Below are positions 31,746 to 41,019 of a DNA stretch of 64,000 nucleotides, one piece after another (the first letter of the stretch is position 1; each line of letters starts with the position of its first letter). The notes below the pieces were generated by a model that was given only the letters and a program-made list of their open reading frames with translations, searched no databases and was not told the DNA's origin. A program made the translations under genes and the position numbers. This DNA comes from Mediterranea sp. (lineage in GTDB: Bacteria > Bacteroidota > Bacteroidia > Bacteroidales > Bacteroidaceae): contig JAITSN010000111.1 in the NCBI GenBank assembly GCA_031287715.1, positions 17,848-81,847 on the forward strand. Reading direction: 5' to 3'.

Positions 31746-32597
31746 TTAGGCATCCGGGTCGGTAAAGCCGCCGCCGCCGCCACCACCGCTTGGCGGATTT
31801 GGCGGATTGGCCGGTTGGGTATCGGGTTGGCCGGGGTCTCCGGCACCGTCGTAGTTTCCGTCTTCGGCCCACTTGCCTTTTTGGCCGGAAGTGAGGTGGC
31901 GAAAGCTGTCCAGCACTCCGTTGAGGTCGATAATAACATGTTCAAACAGGGCGGCCTGCGTTCCACCGGCTTCCGCATAATGTGCGGGGATGGCGGTATA
32001 GAGCAGGAAGCGGAGCTTTTTTTCGTGTTTGATACGCGTGTCTGTCACATTACCGAGCACTTTCCGGTATGCTTTTTCTTCGCCGCGCGCCAAGAGGATC
32101 TCGTCTGCCTCGTGCGCGGATGTTGCGATACCATCCACGGTCTCTTTCAATTGGAATTGCGTCAATATCGACAGGTTGGCCGGTGTGAGCAACGCGTCGG
32201 TCATTTCCATGGCGTTGACGATAAGGGCCGACTGCGTGTCGCGGTGCAAATTTGTCAGATAGGGATGCGCGATGCTTTCTATCGTCTTTGCATCATCCAA
32301 TTGTTTCCCCGTTTTATCGGCAATTGTTTCCTTGAGCAGACCTTTAAAAAATATCATCTTGCGGCGGATCTTTGCAAGGGCCTCATTGAGTTTTTCGGTT
32401 TTCAATAAAGCCGGATTACGCCGGAAGATCTCTACGTACTTGTCTTGCAGGACGATTGCTTCATCATAAGACTTTCTAATGCCCATTTCAGTTGCTTTCT
32501 CCGGAGGAAGCACTACAAAAACGAGATGAGAGAGTTCGAGGTATTCCGAATGTGTTAAATCATGGTACCCGAACAGAGCGATAGCGATTTTATCCAT
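31746..32597 (-). CDS. DUF6261/HagB-like all-helical protein with Pro/Gly-rich tail
   Basis: Probable start MDKIAIALFGYHDLTHSE; helical pattern ...FEHVIIDLNGVLDSF; tail PPNPPSGGGGGGGFTDPDA. Confidence 0.65.
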   Translation of the reverse strand: MDKIAIALFGYHDLTHSEYLELSHLVFVVLPPEKATEMGIRKSYDEAIVLQDKYVEIFRRNPALLKTEKLNEALAKIRRKMIFFKGLLKETIADKTGKQLDDAKTIESIAHPYLTNLHRDTQSALIVNAMEMTDALLTPANLSILTQFQLKETVDGIATSAHEADEILLARGEEKAYRKVLGNVTDTRIKHEKKLRFLLYTAIPAHYAEAGGTQAALFEHVIIDLNGVLDSFRHLTSGQKGKWAEDGNYDGAGDPGQPDTQPANPPNPPSGGGGGGGFTDPDA

Positions 32598-32732
32598 AAC
32601 GATACGTATTAAACGGTTAATTAATAAATTAATTGTGCCCAAATGTCGGCATTAATCTTTTTATATCCAATTTTTCTCGATATTTTTTTTATCGGCATGA
32701 AAAAATATATATATTTTGGCTTTTTTGTTACA

Positions 32733-33168
32733 AAATCATTTCCGAAAAATTATTTGCGCCTTCCGGTGAGCGGAAACCATTTCCGAAAAATTATTTGCGC
32801 CTTCCGGTGAGCGGAAACCATTCCGAAAAATTATTTGCGCCTTCCGGTGAGCGGAAACTATTTCTAAAAATTATTTGCGCCTTCCGGTGAGCGGAAACCA
32901 TTCCGAAAAATTATTTGCGCCTTCCGGTGAGCGGAAACCATTCCGAAAAATTATTTGCGCCTTCCGGTGAGCGGAAATCATTTCGAAAAATTATTTGCGC
33001 CTTCCGGTGAGCGGAAACCATTTCTAAAAATTATTTGCGTCTTCCGGTGAGCGGAAACCATTCCGAAAAATTATTTGCGCCTTCCGGTGAGCGGAAATCA
33101 TTTCTGAAAAATTATTTGCGCCTTCCGGTGAGCGGAAGCCATTTCTGAAAAATTATTTGTGCCTTCCG
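32733..33168. repeat. Tandem array of 10 full 40-41 bp units plus partial
   Basis: Unit TTCCGAAAAATTATTTGCGCCTTCCGGTGAGCGGAAACCA(T); TTCCGGTGAGCGGAA at 32761, 32802, 32842, 32882, 32922, 32962, 33002, 33042, 33082, 33123. Confidence 0.97.
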
Positions 33169-33269
33169 CATCAAAAAAGGTGCAAAAGCGCCAATTCCCA
33201 TTTCATTTCTTTATTAATAGATGTAAATTCAAGGTGTTGGATCCTAATAAATTGCCGGAAGGCGCAGCC

Positions 33270-33352
33270 GCGTTAGGGGCAGCAGCGGAAAGCCCGGAAC
33301 GAGCGCAGCGAAGCGAGGACTTGCAGCGGATGACCCGGGCCGCAGGCAACGC
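33270..33352 (+). ncRNA. Structured intergenic element resembling the Flavo-1 RNA motif
   Basis: GCGTTAGGG..AGCGGAAAGCCC...GGACTTGCAGCGGATGACCC..GCC-GCA-GGC-AACGC; closing stem GCGTT/AACGC; GC-rich island in AT-rich spacer. Confidence 0.45.
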
Positions 33353-33622
33353 CCAAATCCAATGGAGAATGGGTTGTTGGAGTGAAACCGGTATGTAATT
33401 CCTTTGTTTATTTTTTCCTTTATTTTATTTTTTTATCTAATGTGATTACAAGCAAAAACAGCGTTCGTCCTAACAGTAGAACTTAAGTTTAAAAAAATAA
33501 AGCAAAACAGGATTAGTGGGATACCATGTCTATTATTATTGTTGCTCAAATATCTAATACTATGTCTGGTTTGCATAAGAAAAATATGAATATGTCTACG
33601 ACAAGAAACCCCCTTTTTTACC

Positions 33623-33653
33623 GGCTCATTAAACGGACGTTTAATGAGCCACT
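33623..33653. repeat. Palindrome copy 3 (13-bp arms, GA core): right inverted site
   Basis: GGCTCATTAAACG-GA-CGTTTAATGAGCC-ACT, exact reverse complement of 30666-30696. Confidence 0.9.
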
Positions 33654-33767
33654 GCCATTTAAACCCGAAAAGAGGAACAGGAGTATCTCTGTGAGGGTTT
33701 TTGCGGGATTTACAAACGTGATAAAAATGAGATAAAGAATTATATTGTTTAATTTAAAATTTGATCC

Positions 33768-35294
33768 ATGAAGAAGAATGATTTATTTATGCGGAAAGAG
33801 ATGCATATAGGAAGGTGGGTAAAGACTTTCTGTCTGTGTCTTTTTCTTGTGGGTGTAACTTCGTGTAAAAAAGGCGTTGAGGATGAGCTTTTCTCAGCGG
33901 GCGTTACCGGGGTAACATTAGAGTCGCCAACGCTTGACGGTAGCAGCTTTGCCACATTGGCCAACAGCGATGGGACGGAAAGTGTGAAATTGACATGGGA
34001 CGTTGTTTACGGCGCCGGTGGCTACTTGCTTAATGTGGATATCGTGGACGACCCGACCAACCCGGTTGAGGTCGTGAACGACAGTATCGTGGACGGCTGT
34101 TCGATCATTTTCGACAAGCTGGAAGACACCAAGTATGAAATCAGCATCAAATCGCTGGCCAACGCGAAGCTGAATAATAAAGAGGCGGCATCGGCCACCG
34201 TTTATCCATACTCTACATTGATTCCGGCCTTAACGGTTCCCGAAGGTGATGATATTGCCGAGTTTATCCGGGCAAACTTGACGGACAGCGACCAGGAACA
34301 GGGCTTCGAACTGCTGGGAGGCAAAACTTATCAGTTGAACAGCGCCGTTGACTTCGGCCTGAACACGATCACGTTCCGCGGCGACAAGGCTAACAGGCCG
34401 ATTGTGGTTCTGGGAGCCAGCGGAGGAATAGTGACGCAGGGCGGACTGAAACTGAAGTTTATCAACTTCGATTGTACCGCCGCAACCACACTCGGAATAT
34501 TGAGCTTGAGCGACAACCCGTCGGAAACTATCTCCACCGGAACGCTGGGCTATAAGACAGATGGCGCAAACCAGGACGGTTTTGTGATCAACGACCCGGT
34601 CATCATCCAGGAGTGTGACTTCAAGAATGTGAAGAACGGTATCCTTTATGGAAACAAAAAGAATTGGAGCCTGCGCGATTTCCGCATAACGGACTGCATC
34701 ATCCAGTTCAATAATTCCGGATCCAACTCGGTGCTTAATCTTTATGGAGGAAGCAACGGCCTGATCAAAGACCTGACGATAAAGAATAATACGCTTTATA
34801 ATATAGTCAAGAACAGTTCGGCCTATTTTATCCGTTACAGCAATGCAAGCAACGCCCAACCGCAAAAGATATTCGGCAACAGCGGCAACTCGGTTACATT
34901 TACCATCGAATATAATACGTTCAGCCGCGTGTTCTCCAACAAGGATTTTGCCAACAACATGGCCAATACGAATACCATTACAACAAAGGTTCAGTATAAT
35001 ATCCTCTTCGATGTGTTCCGGCTGTATCAGTTCATCCAGACGAACACGCTGATGTATACGTCCGGCAATACAATCTTCGGCGATTGGGGCGGCACACCGA
35101 ACAGCAACGATACCGGCGGCCGTAAAGATAAGAACGGAAACCCGTATGCCACATTGGAAAACCCCGACTTCGTGGGGCCTTTTGAGTTGGAACTCGACCT
35201 TACTGCGGTGAACGGCGGAGTGAACTTTACCCCCCGCGGCACTGTGGCCGTACAGAACAAGAGCGGCGACCCGCGCTGGTATGAAAATCAATAA
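33768..35294 (+). CDS. Surface lipoprotein (DUF4957/DUF5123-like surface glycan-binding protein), right operon
   Basis: Lipobox VTSC; shares TLESP, GAGGY, IVDDP, GLKLKFI, GDPRW with 29100..30551. Confidence 0.8.
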   Translation: MKKNDLFMRKEMHIGRWVKTFCLCLFLVGVTSCKKGVEDELFSAGVTGVTLESPTLDGSSFATLANSDGTESVKLTWDVVYGAGGYLLNVDIVDDPTNPVEVVNDSIVDGCSIIFDKLEDTKYEISIKSLANAKLNNKEAASATVYPYSTLIPALTVPEGDDIAEFIRANLTDSDQEQGFELLGGKTYQLNSAVDFGLNTITFRGDKANRPIVVLGASGGIVTQGGLKLKFINFDCTAATTLGILSLSDNPSETISTGTLGYKTDGANQDGFVINDPVIIQECDFKNVKNGILYGNKKNWSLRDFRITDCIIQFNNSGSNSVLNLYGGSNGLIKDLTIKNNTLYNIVKNSSAYFIRYSNASNAQPQKIFGNSGNSVTFTIEYNTFSRVFSNKDFANNMANTNTITTKVQYNILFDVFRLYQFIQTNTLMYTSGNTIFGDWGGTPNSNDTGGRKDKNGNPYATLENPDFVGPFELELDLTAVNGGVNFTPRGTVAVQNKSGDPRWYENQ

Positions 35295-35311
35295 TCTTAA
35301 ATGCTATAACG

Positions 35312-38300
35312 ATGAAATATAATAGTATTAAACTGTATCTGGGCATTTTCCTGGCCTTTGTCATGACGTCGATGATGTATGCCCAGAAAACCCTGACCTA
35401 TACTGCCGTTGTCGTAGACGAGGCAGACGAGCCTGTGATCGGCGCCACCGTAAAAGTGCCGGGAACATCCACCGGTATCATTACCGACCTGAATGGCCGG
35501 TTTTCACTCTTGGTTCCCGAAGGCAAGACGGTAGAGATCTCTTTTGTGGGATATATAACGGAGAAAATATCCGATTTCTCCAAAACAAGGATCGTATTGA
35601 AAGAAGATTCCAAACAGCTGGAAGAAGTGGTGGTGGTTGGCTACGGCACTCAGAAGAAAGCCCACCTGACCGGCGCTATCTCCACCGTGCCGATGGATGA
35701 GATCCAAGATCTGTCCAGCGGCGGCTTAGCCGGTACGCTGAGCGGTTTGGTAAACGGGTTGAGCGTTAGCGGGGGCCAAGCGCGCCCGGGTGAAAACGCC
35801 CGTATCTATATCCGCGATACCAACTCGCTTAGCGAAGTGGGAAGCACGGCCCAGGAACCGCTGTATGTGATCGACGGATATATCTACCCCAACGATGTGA
35901 AGGTGGGCAACGTGGTGGAAAACTTGGGCGCGGTGGCTTTCAATAATTTGGATGCCTCGGCGGTGGAAAGTATTTCCATATTGAAGGATGCGGCGGCAGC
36001 CGTGTATGGAGCGCGCGCCGCCAACGGTGTTATCCTGGTGACGACCAAGAAAGGTAAGCTGGGCGCGCCGCAGATCTCTTACAGCGGGTCGCTCGGTATC
36101 ACCGACGAAGTGTCGCGGCCGGAGATGTTAAGCGCATACGACTACGGCCGGATGTATAATCTGGTAGCCGCCGGCAACCCGGCCAATACGTCGCTCAACC
36201 TGACGACGGGACTGTATCAACTGGATGAACTGACGGCGATGAAGAACCTGAACTACGACCTGCTGGATAAGTATTGGAAGACAGGCTCCACGACGCAGCA
36301 CAGCGTCAACCTGAGCGGCGCTACCGAAAAAGCCAATTATTTCGCCGGCATTTCTTACTTTGATCAGGAAGGAAACCTGGGCCGGCTGGATTATGGCCGC
36401 TGGAACTACCGCGCAGGCGTCGACGTGAAAGTGAGCAAGTGGCTGAAGGCCAACCTGACGGTGTCCGGCGATTACAGCAAGACCAACAGACCGAACGTAA
36501 AGGTGGGCGGAACAAGCAGCGAAAAAGATTATAACCTGCTGCTTACCCGTCCGTATTATATTCCCGAAGAAGTGAACGGCTATCCGATCGCGGCCTACGG
36601 CATCAGCAATACGGAAAAGACCGGCAACCAGAACTATTCTTATTCTGTCTTGCAGAATACGGGGGACTATAACAGCACGATGACGTCCAATATGAGTATC
36701 AACAGCAGTTTGGAGTATGATTTCGGCTGGAGCAATATCCTGAAAGGGCTGGCGCTGAAGTTCTCTTATTCAAAGAGCATCAACACGAACAAGAATAACC
36801 AGTACGGATCCGAATATCAGATCTACCGGCTGATTGATCGTTCGGGCAGCGGTCTTCACCTGTACACTCCGGTGGCCGGGCAGGATTATGAAAGCATCAT
36901 GGCCGACGAGAACTTCCGCGCGACCACCATATCCAACGGCTCGCCTTCTTACCTGTCGCGCAATATGAACCGCACGGACAATTACCAGATGAACTTCATC
37001 GCTTCCTACTCCCGCAGCTTCGGCCTGCACAATGTCAGCGGCCTGTTCTCCATCGAACGGTCGGAAGCTGAAAACGAATACTTGTACGGGGATGTATCCG
37101 ATCCTTATGAGTTTACCACCGGCCAGTCCAACTCGGCTGACGCCGAAACGAAGACCGTTACGTTCACCCGCTCGGAATCGGGAACGATGTCCTACATCGG
37201 CCGTATCAATTATGCGTACGCCGACAGGTATTTGCTCGAGTTCCTGCTCCGTTCGGATTCATCCACCAAGTTCGCCCCCGAAAACTACTGGGGATCATTC
37301 CCGTCCGTATCCGCCGGTTGGATCCTCTCTCAGGAAAGCTGGATGAGCAAAGTGAAATGGGTTGATCATCTGAAGCTGCGCGGATCATTCGGTTTGACCG
37401 GCCGCGACAATACGGCCGCCTGGCAATGGATGCAGGTTTATGCCCAGGATGCCAACAAAGGCCCGATGTTCGGGACAAGCAACAGCGCCGACACAAAGAA
37501 CCGCATCACGATCAACAAGACCAATTCCGCCGTAAACCGCAACGTGCATTGGGATAAGTCCTACAAAGGCAACTTCGGTATCGATTTCAGCACGTTGGAC
37601 AGCCGCTTGTCACTCAATATCGACGGCTATTACGTATGGAACCGCGAGATCCTGATGAACATCGCACAGTCTGTTCCCGGCATCGTAGGCACCCAATCGG
37701 CTGCCATCAACCTGGGTGAAATGGACAGCTACGGTATTGAATTTTCCGCTACGTGGCGGGATAAGATCGGCAAGGACTTCAAATACAAAATAGGCGTCAA
37801 TACCGGTTATGGTGATAATAAGGTATATAATATGGACTTTGCAACCGAATACGACTACCGCCAGATAAAGAAGGGCGGCCGTTCGGACATCGGCACATGG
37901 GGGATGCAATGCATCGGCATGTTCCGTTCCTTCCAGGATATTGAAGAATATTTCGACAAGAACAACATCACCTCCTACATGGGACTGACAAAAGACAATG
38001 TCCGCCCGGGTATGTTGATCTACAAAGACGTTCGCGGAAAGCAACAGGAAGACGGCACGTATGCCGGGCCTGACGGTATCGTAGACAAGGATAACGACCA
38101 GGTTCAATTGTCCCACCGCGACAATATTTACGGATTCACCACGAACCTGAGCGCCGAATGGAAAGGTGTCTCCCTGACCGCCCAGATGAGCGTAAGCTGG
38201 GGCGGATACAGCCAGATCCCGTCCGCTGCTTTAAAGCCGGGCGACGGACTGGAATTTACCAACATGCCTTCTTTCTGGAACCCGGACAATGTGTTTGTTT

Positions 38301-38638
38301 ATGAAGATATTTACGACGGGTCGGGCAACTTGGTGATGGCGGCCAACCGCGATGCCAAATACCCCAATCCGAACTACTCAAGTATGAACAGCATAGGTTC
38401 TACGTTCTGGAGAGTCAGCGGCACCCGTGCCCGCCTGAACCGTTTGACGCTGGCTTATGCCATCCCGTCCAAATTCATCAAACAGATAGGGATCCAAAGT
38501 TGCCGCTTCAATATCACGGGGCAAAACCTGTTGAGTCTCTACAATCCATATCCGGAAAATTTCCTGGATCCGATGTGCAGCTATGGCAGCTATCCTACGC
38601 TGAGAAAATTTACGGTTGGTGTTAATCTTACATTCTAA
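35312..38638 (+). CDS. SusC/RagA TonB-dependent transporter (right operon)
   Basis: EEVVVVGYGTQKK, LKDAAAAVYGARAANGVILVTTK, terminal GVNLTF. Confidence 0.97.
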   Translation: MKYNSIKLYLGIFLAFVMTSMMYAQKTLTYTAVVVDEADEPVIGATVKVPGTSTGIITDLNGRFSLLVPEGKTVEISFVGYITEKISDFSKTRIVLKEDSKQLEEVVVVGYGTQKKAHLTGAISTVPMDEIQDLSSGGLAGTLSGLVNGLSVSGGQARPGENARIYIRDTNSLSEVGSTAQEPLYVIDGYIYPNDVKVGNVVENLGAVAFNNLDASAVESISILKDAAAAVYGARAANGVILVTTKKGKLGAPQISYSGSLGITDEVSRPEMLSAYDYGRMYNLVAAGNPANTSLNLTTGLYQLDELTAMKNLNYDLLDKYWKTGSTTQHSVNLSGATEKANYFAGISYFDQEGNLGRLDYGRWNYRAGVDVKVSKWLKANLTVSGDYSKTNRPNVKVGGTSSEKDYNLLLTRPYYIPEEVNGYPIAAYGISNTEKTGNQNYSYSVLQNTGDYNSTMTSNMSINSSLEYDFGWSNILKGLALKFSYSKSINTNKNNQYGSEYQIYRLIDRSGSGLHLYTPVAGQDYESIMADENFRATTISNGSPSYLSRNMNRTDNYQMNFIASYSRSFGLHNVSGLFSIERSEAENEYLYGDVSDPYEFTTGQSNSADAETKTVTFTRSESGTMSYIGRINYAYADRYLLEFLLRSDSSTKFAPENYWGSFPSVSAGWILSQESWMSKVKWVDHLKLRGSFGLTGRDNTAAWQWMQVYAQDANKGPMFGTSNSADTKNRITINKTNSAVNRNVHWDKSYKGNFGIDFSTLDSRLSLNIDGYYVWNREILMNIAQSVPGIVGTQSAAINLGEMDSYGIEFSATWRDKIGKDFKYKIGVNTGYGDNKVYNMDFATEYDYRQIKKGGRSDIGTWGMQCIGMFRSFQDIEEYFDKNNITSYMGLTKDNVRPGMLIYKDVRGKQQEDGTYAGPDGIVDKDNDQVQLSHRDNIYGFTTNLSAEWKGVSLTAQMSVSWGGYSQIPSAALKPGDGLEFTNMPSFWNPDNVFVYEDIYDGSGNLVMAANRDAKYPNPNYSSMNSIGSTFWRVSGTRARLNRLTLAYAIPSKFIKQIGIQSCRFNITGQNLLSLYNPYPENFLDPMCSYGSYPTLRKFTVGVNLTF

Positions 38639-38650
38639 AGGGAATTGACA

Positions 38651-40837
38651 ATGAAAAGAAATACTATAAAATTATTCGGTTGCGCCTTGATGGCAGCTAT
38701 GGTCTTTGTCTCCTGCAGCGATGCGTTCTTGGAGGAAAAGAAGAACTACGATAACGTGAATGTCGGTATTTACGACTATTACAGCGGAGCAAACGCACGC
38801 GTAAGCGATGTGTACTCGTGGGCACTGCCCGACCCGAACGGCGATGCGGGCTATAACAACAACAGTACCGGAGTTGCCGACGACCAGGCCAAATCGACGG
38901 AAGAGTACAGCGGGTTCGGTGTATTCGTAAATCCGCAGAACGAGATGACGATAACGGGAGGAACCAAAGTTGTCGACTATTTCCACTACCAGCAAAACAA
39001 TATCCAGGCTTCCGTATGGGGGCGCATCCGTAACATCAACGATGTAATTGTCGGGATCAACGGAGGAAGCCTTCCGCAGGAAGAAAAGGACGAACTGCTG
39101 GGGCAGGTTTATTTCTTCCGCGCCTGGTGCTATTACAACTTGGTGAAATGGTACGGCGGGGTGCCGATCATTAAAGACGTGCTGGAACCGGTCGAAACGT
39201 CCATCGTTCCGCGCTCTTCAACAAAAGCCTGCATTGACTTTATCTGCGAAGACTTGGACGAGTCCGCAAGGATGCTGGAAGCCGCTACAACATCCGGCGG
39301 CTGGAAGTCAAGCGAAAACTGGGGGCGTGTGACCTCCGGAACCGCCCTTGCGCTCAAAGGCCGGGTGCTGTTGCTTTGGGCAAGCCCGATATTCAACCGG
39401 AAGAATGAAACGGAACGCTGGGAAAATGCTTACCAGGAAATCAAGAAATCCATCCCGGTATTAGAGTCATGCGGCTACGGCTTGCATCAGCGCAGCGATA
39501 ACGTCAACGCCGCCGCCTTTGCCGAAATGTTCTCCACGTATGCAAGTCCCGAAGCTGTGTTTGTAACCCTGTTCAACATTGTAAAAAGTGGCGACGGACA
39601 GAAGAATAACAGCTGGGAACGCGGCATCCGTCCGGCGAACACCACCGGCAGCGGCAAAGAAGCATCCGCCATGCTGGTAGACCTGTTCCCGATGGCAGAC
39701 GGCAAAAGGCCGCCCCTCAGCAATACCTATACCAAGCTGGAGATCTCCACGTATACGTACGACGCCGACTATCCGTTCATGAACCGCGACCTGCGCTTCT
39801 ACCGCACCTTTGCCTTTCCGGGCGTGCGCTGGGCGTATGCCGGAGACCCCACCGAGGAAAACCCGGACAATCCTTCTTATGACCAGGGAAGAAACTATGA
39901 ACTGTGGAACTACGTATGGTATGTCGACCAGAACGACCAGGGCAACGTGGAAAGCGGCAACTCCTACGGTGCGGATAACCTGCTGGCCAATAAAAAAGGA
40001 ATATACGTACGTAAGCGCACGGACGACCTGGATGTGAACGGCAGCCCGCTGTATTCGTGGGCGGGTACGGATAAGAACGGCGGCTTCGCCTACTCCAGCG
40101 CTCCTTATATGGAGATCCGCTATGCCGAAGTACTGCTGAACTATGCCGAAGCAGCCTGCGGCGCCAATCATCTGTCGGAAGCTGTTGAACAACTGAAGCA
40201 GGTACGTCGCCGGGCAGGCTACACGACTGCCGACTGCGGCCTGCAAGCCGATCTGGCGTCCAATCAGCCCGCGTGCATGGCGGCAGTTCTTTATGAACGG
40301 CAGATTGAGCTGGCCTACGAAGGAAAACGCTTCGACGACCTTCGCCGCTGGATGCTGTTCGACGGCGGAACAGCAGCCGTTGACGGCGCGCCAGGCAGCT
40401 GGACGCTGACCGGCTGGGACGGCAACACCTGCAGCTATCTGGGCTTTAAAGCGCTGAACGATCAACGCCGCGATAACATGGAGTTCCGCACACAGGATTC
40501 CTTTGGCGTCGGCGGCACGACAGCCGCTTCGGATCCGCTGCGGGCAGTCACCCGTCCCGCTGCGGTGGACTATCGCCAACCCGACTTGGACACCCAGCTG
40601 GAAACCCTCAAGAATTTCTACTCCTCCCACTTTGTCCGCAAGAAAAAGAGCGGCGACGGGCGCGACCAGAACTCCATCGACCTGTACATAAAATACCTGC
40701 CCCGCTATTACTTCCTGGGGCTGGCACAAAGTGCGCAGAGCAACAACAAGCATCTGGAGCAAACCATCGGTTGGGAAGATTATAACAAAGGCAACGCAAA
40801 CGGCACCTTCGACCCGCTGGCCGAAGAAGAAGAATAA
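38651..40837 (+). CDS. SusD/RagB family lipoprotein (right operon)
   Basis: MKRNTIK start, lipobox FVSCSD, RYAEVLLNYAEA, ERQIELAYEGKRFDD. Confidence 0.95.
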   Translation: MKRNTIKLFGCALMAAMVFVSCSDAFLEEKKNYDNVNVGIYDYYSGANARVSDVYSWALPDPNGDAGYNNNSTGVADDQAKSTEEYSGFGVFVNPQNEMTITGGTKVVDYFHYQQNNIQASVWGRIRNINDVIVGINGGSLPQEEKDELLGQVYFFRAWCYYNLVKWYGGVPIIKDVLEPVETSIVPRSSTKACIDFICEDLDESARMLEAATTSGGWKSSENWGRVTSGTALALKGRVLLLWASPIFNRKNETERWENAYQEIKKSIPVLESCGYGLHQRSDNVNAAAFAEMFSTYASPEAVFVTLFNIVKSGDGQKNNSWERGIRPANTTGSGKEASAMLVDLFPMADGKRPPLSNTYTKLEISTYTYDADYPFMNRDLRFYRTFAFPGVRWAYAGDPTEENPDNPSYDQGRNYELWNYVWYVDQNDQGNVESGNSYGADNLLANKKGIYVRKRTDDLDVNGSPLYSWAGTDKNGGFAYSSAPYMEIRYAEVLLNYAEAACGANHLSEAVEQLKQVRRRAGYTTADCGLQADLASNQPACMAAVLYERQIELAYEGKRFDDLRRWMLFDGGTAAVDGAPGSWTLTGWDGNTCSYLGFKALNDQRRDNMEFRTQDSFGVGGTTAASDPLRAVTRPAAVDYRQPDLDTQLETLKNFYSSHFVRKKKSGDGRDQNSIDLYIKYLPRYYFLGLAQSAQSNNKHLEQTIGWEDYNKGNANGTFDPLAEEEE

Positions 40838-40864
40838 CGTTTCCGGAAATGCTATAATATGATT

Positions 40865-40899
40865 AAGGGACTAAGTCTTATAAGGCTTAGTCCCTTTTT
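40865..40899 (+). terminator. Rho-independent terminator
   Basis: AAGGGACTAAGTCTT..AAGGCTTAGTCCCTT + T-run. Confidence 0.85.
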
Positions 40900-41019
40900 G
40901 TTTCTAAAGGCTTTTATTAGGCTTCACACTTTTTGAAGAGAATACAATTCCACTAAAGGCCAATATCATTATCTTTACGTGGAAATGTTAACCCAAATCA
41001 GATCTAATAAATTGAAGAT

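Noticed and set aside
32733-33168. CRISPR array
   Set aside because: Units are contiguous and near-identical with no unique spacers, and there are no cas genes; same for 47899-48203
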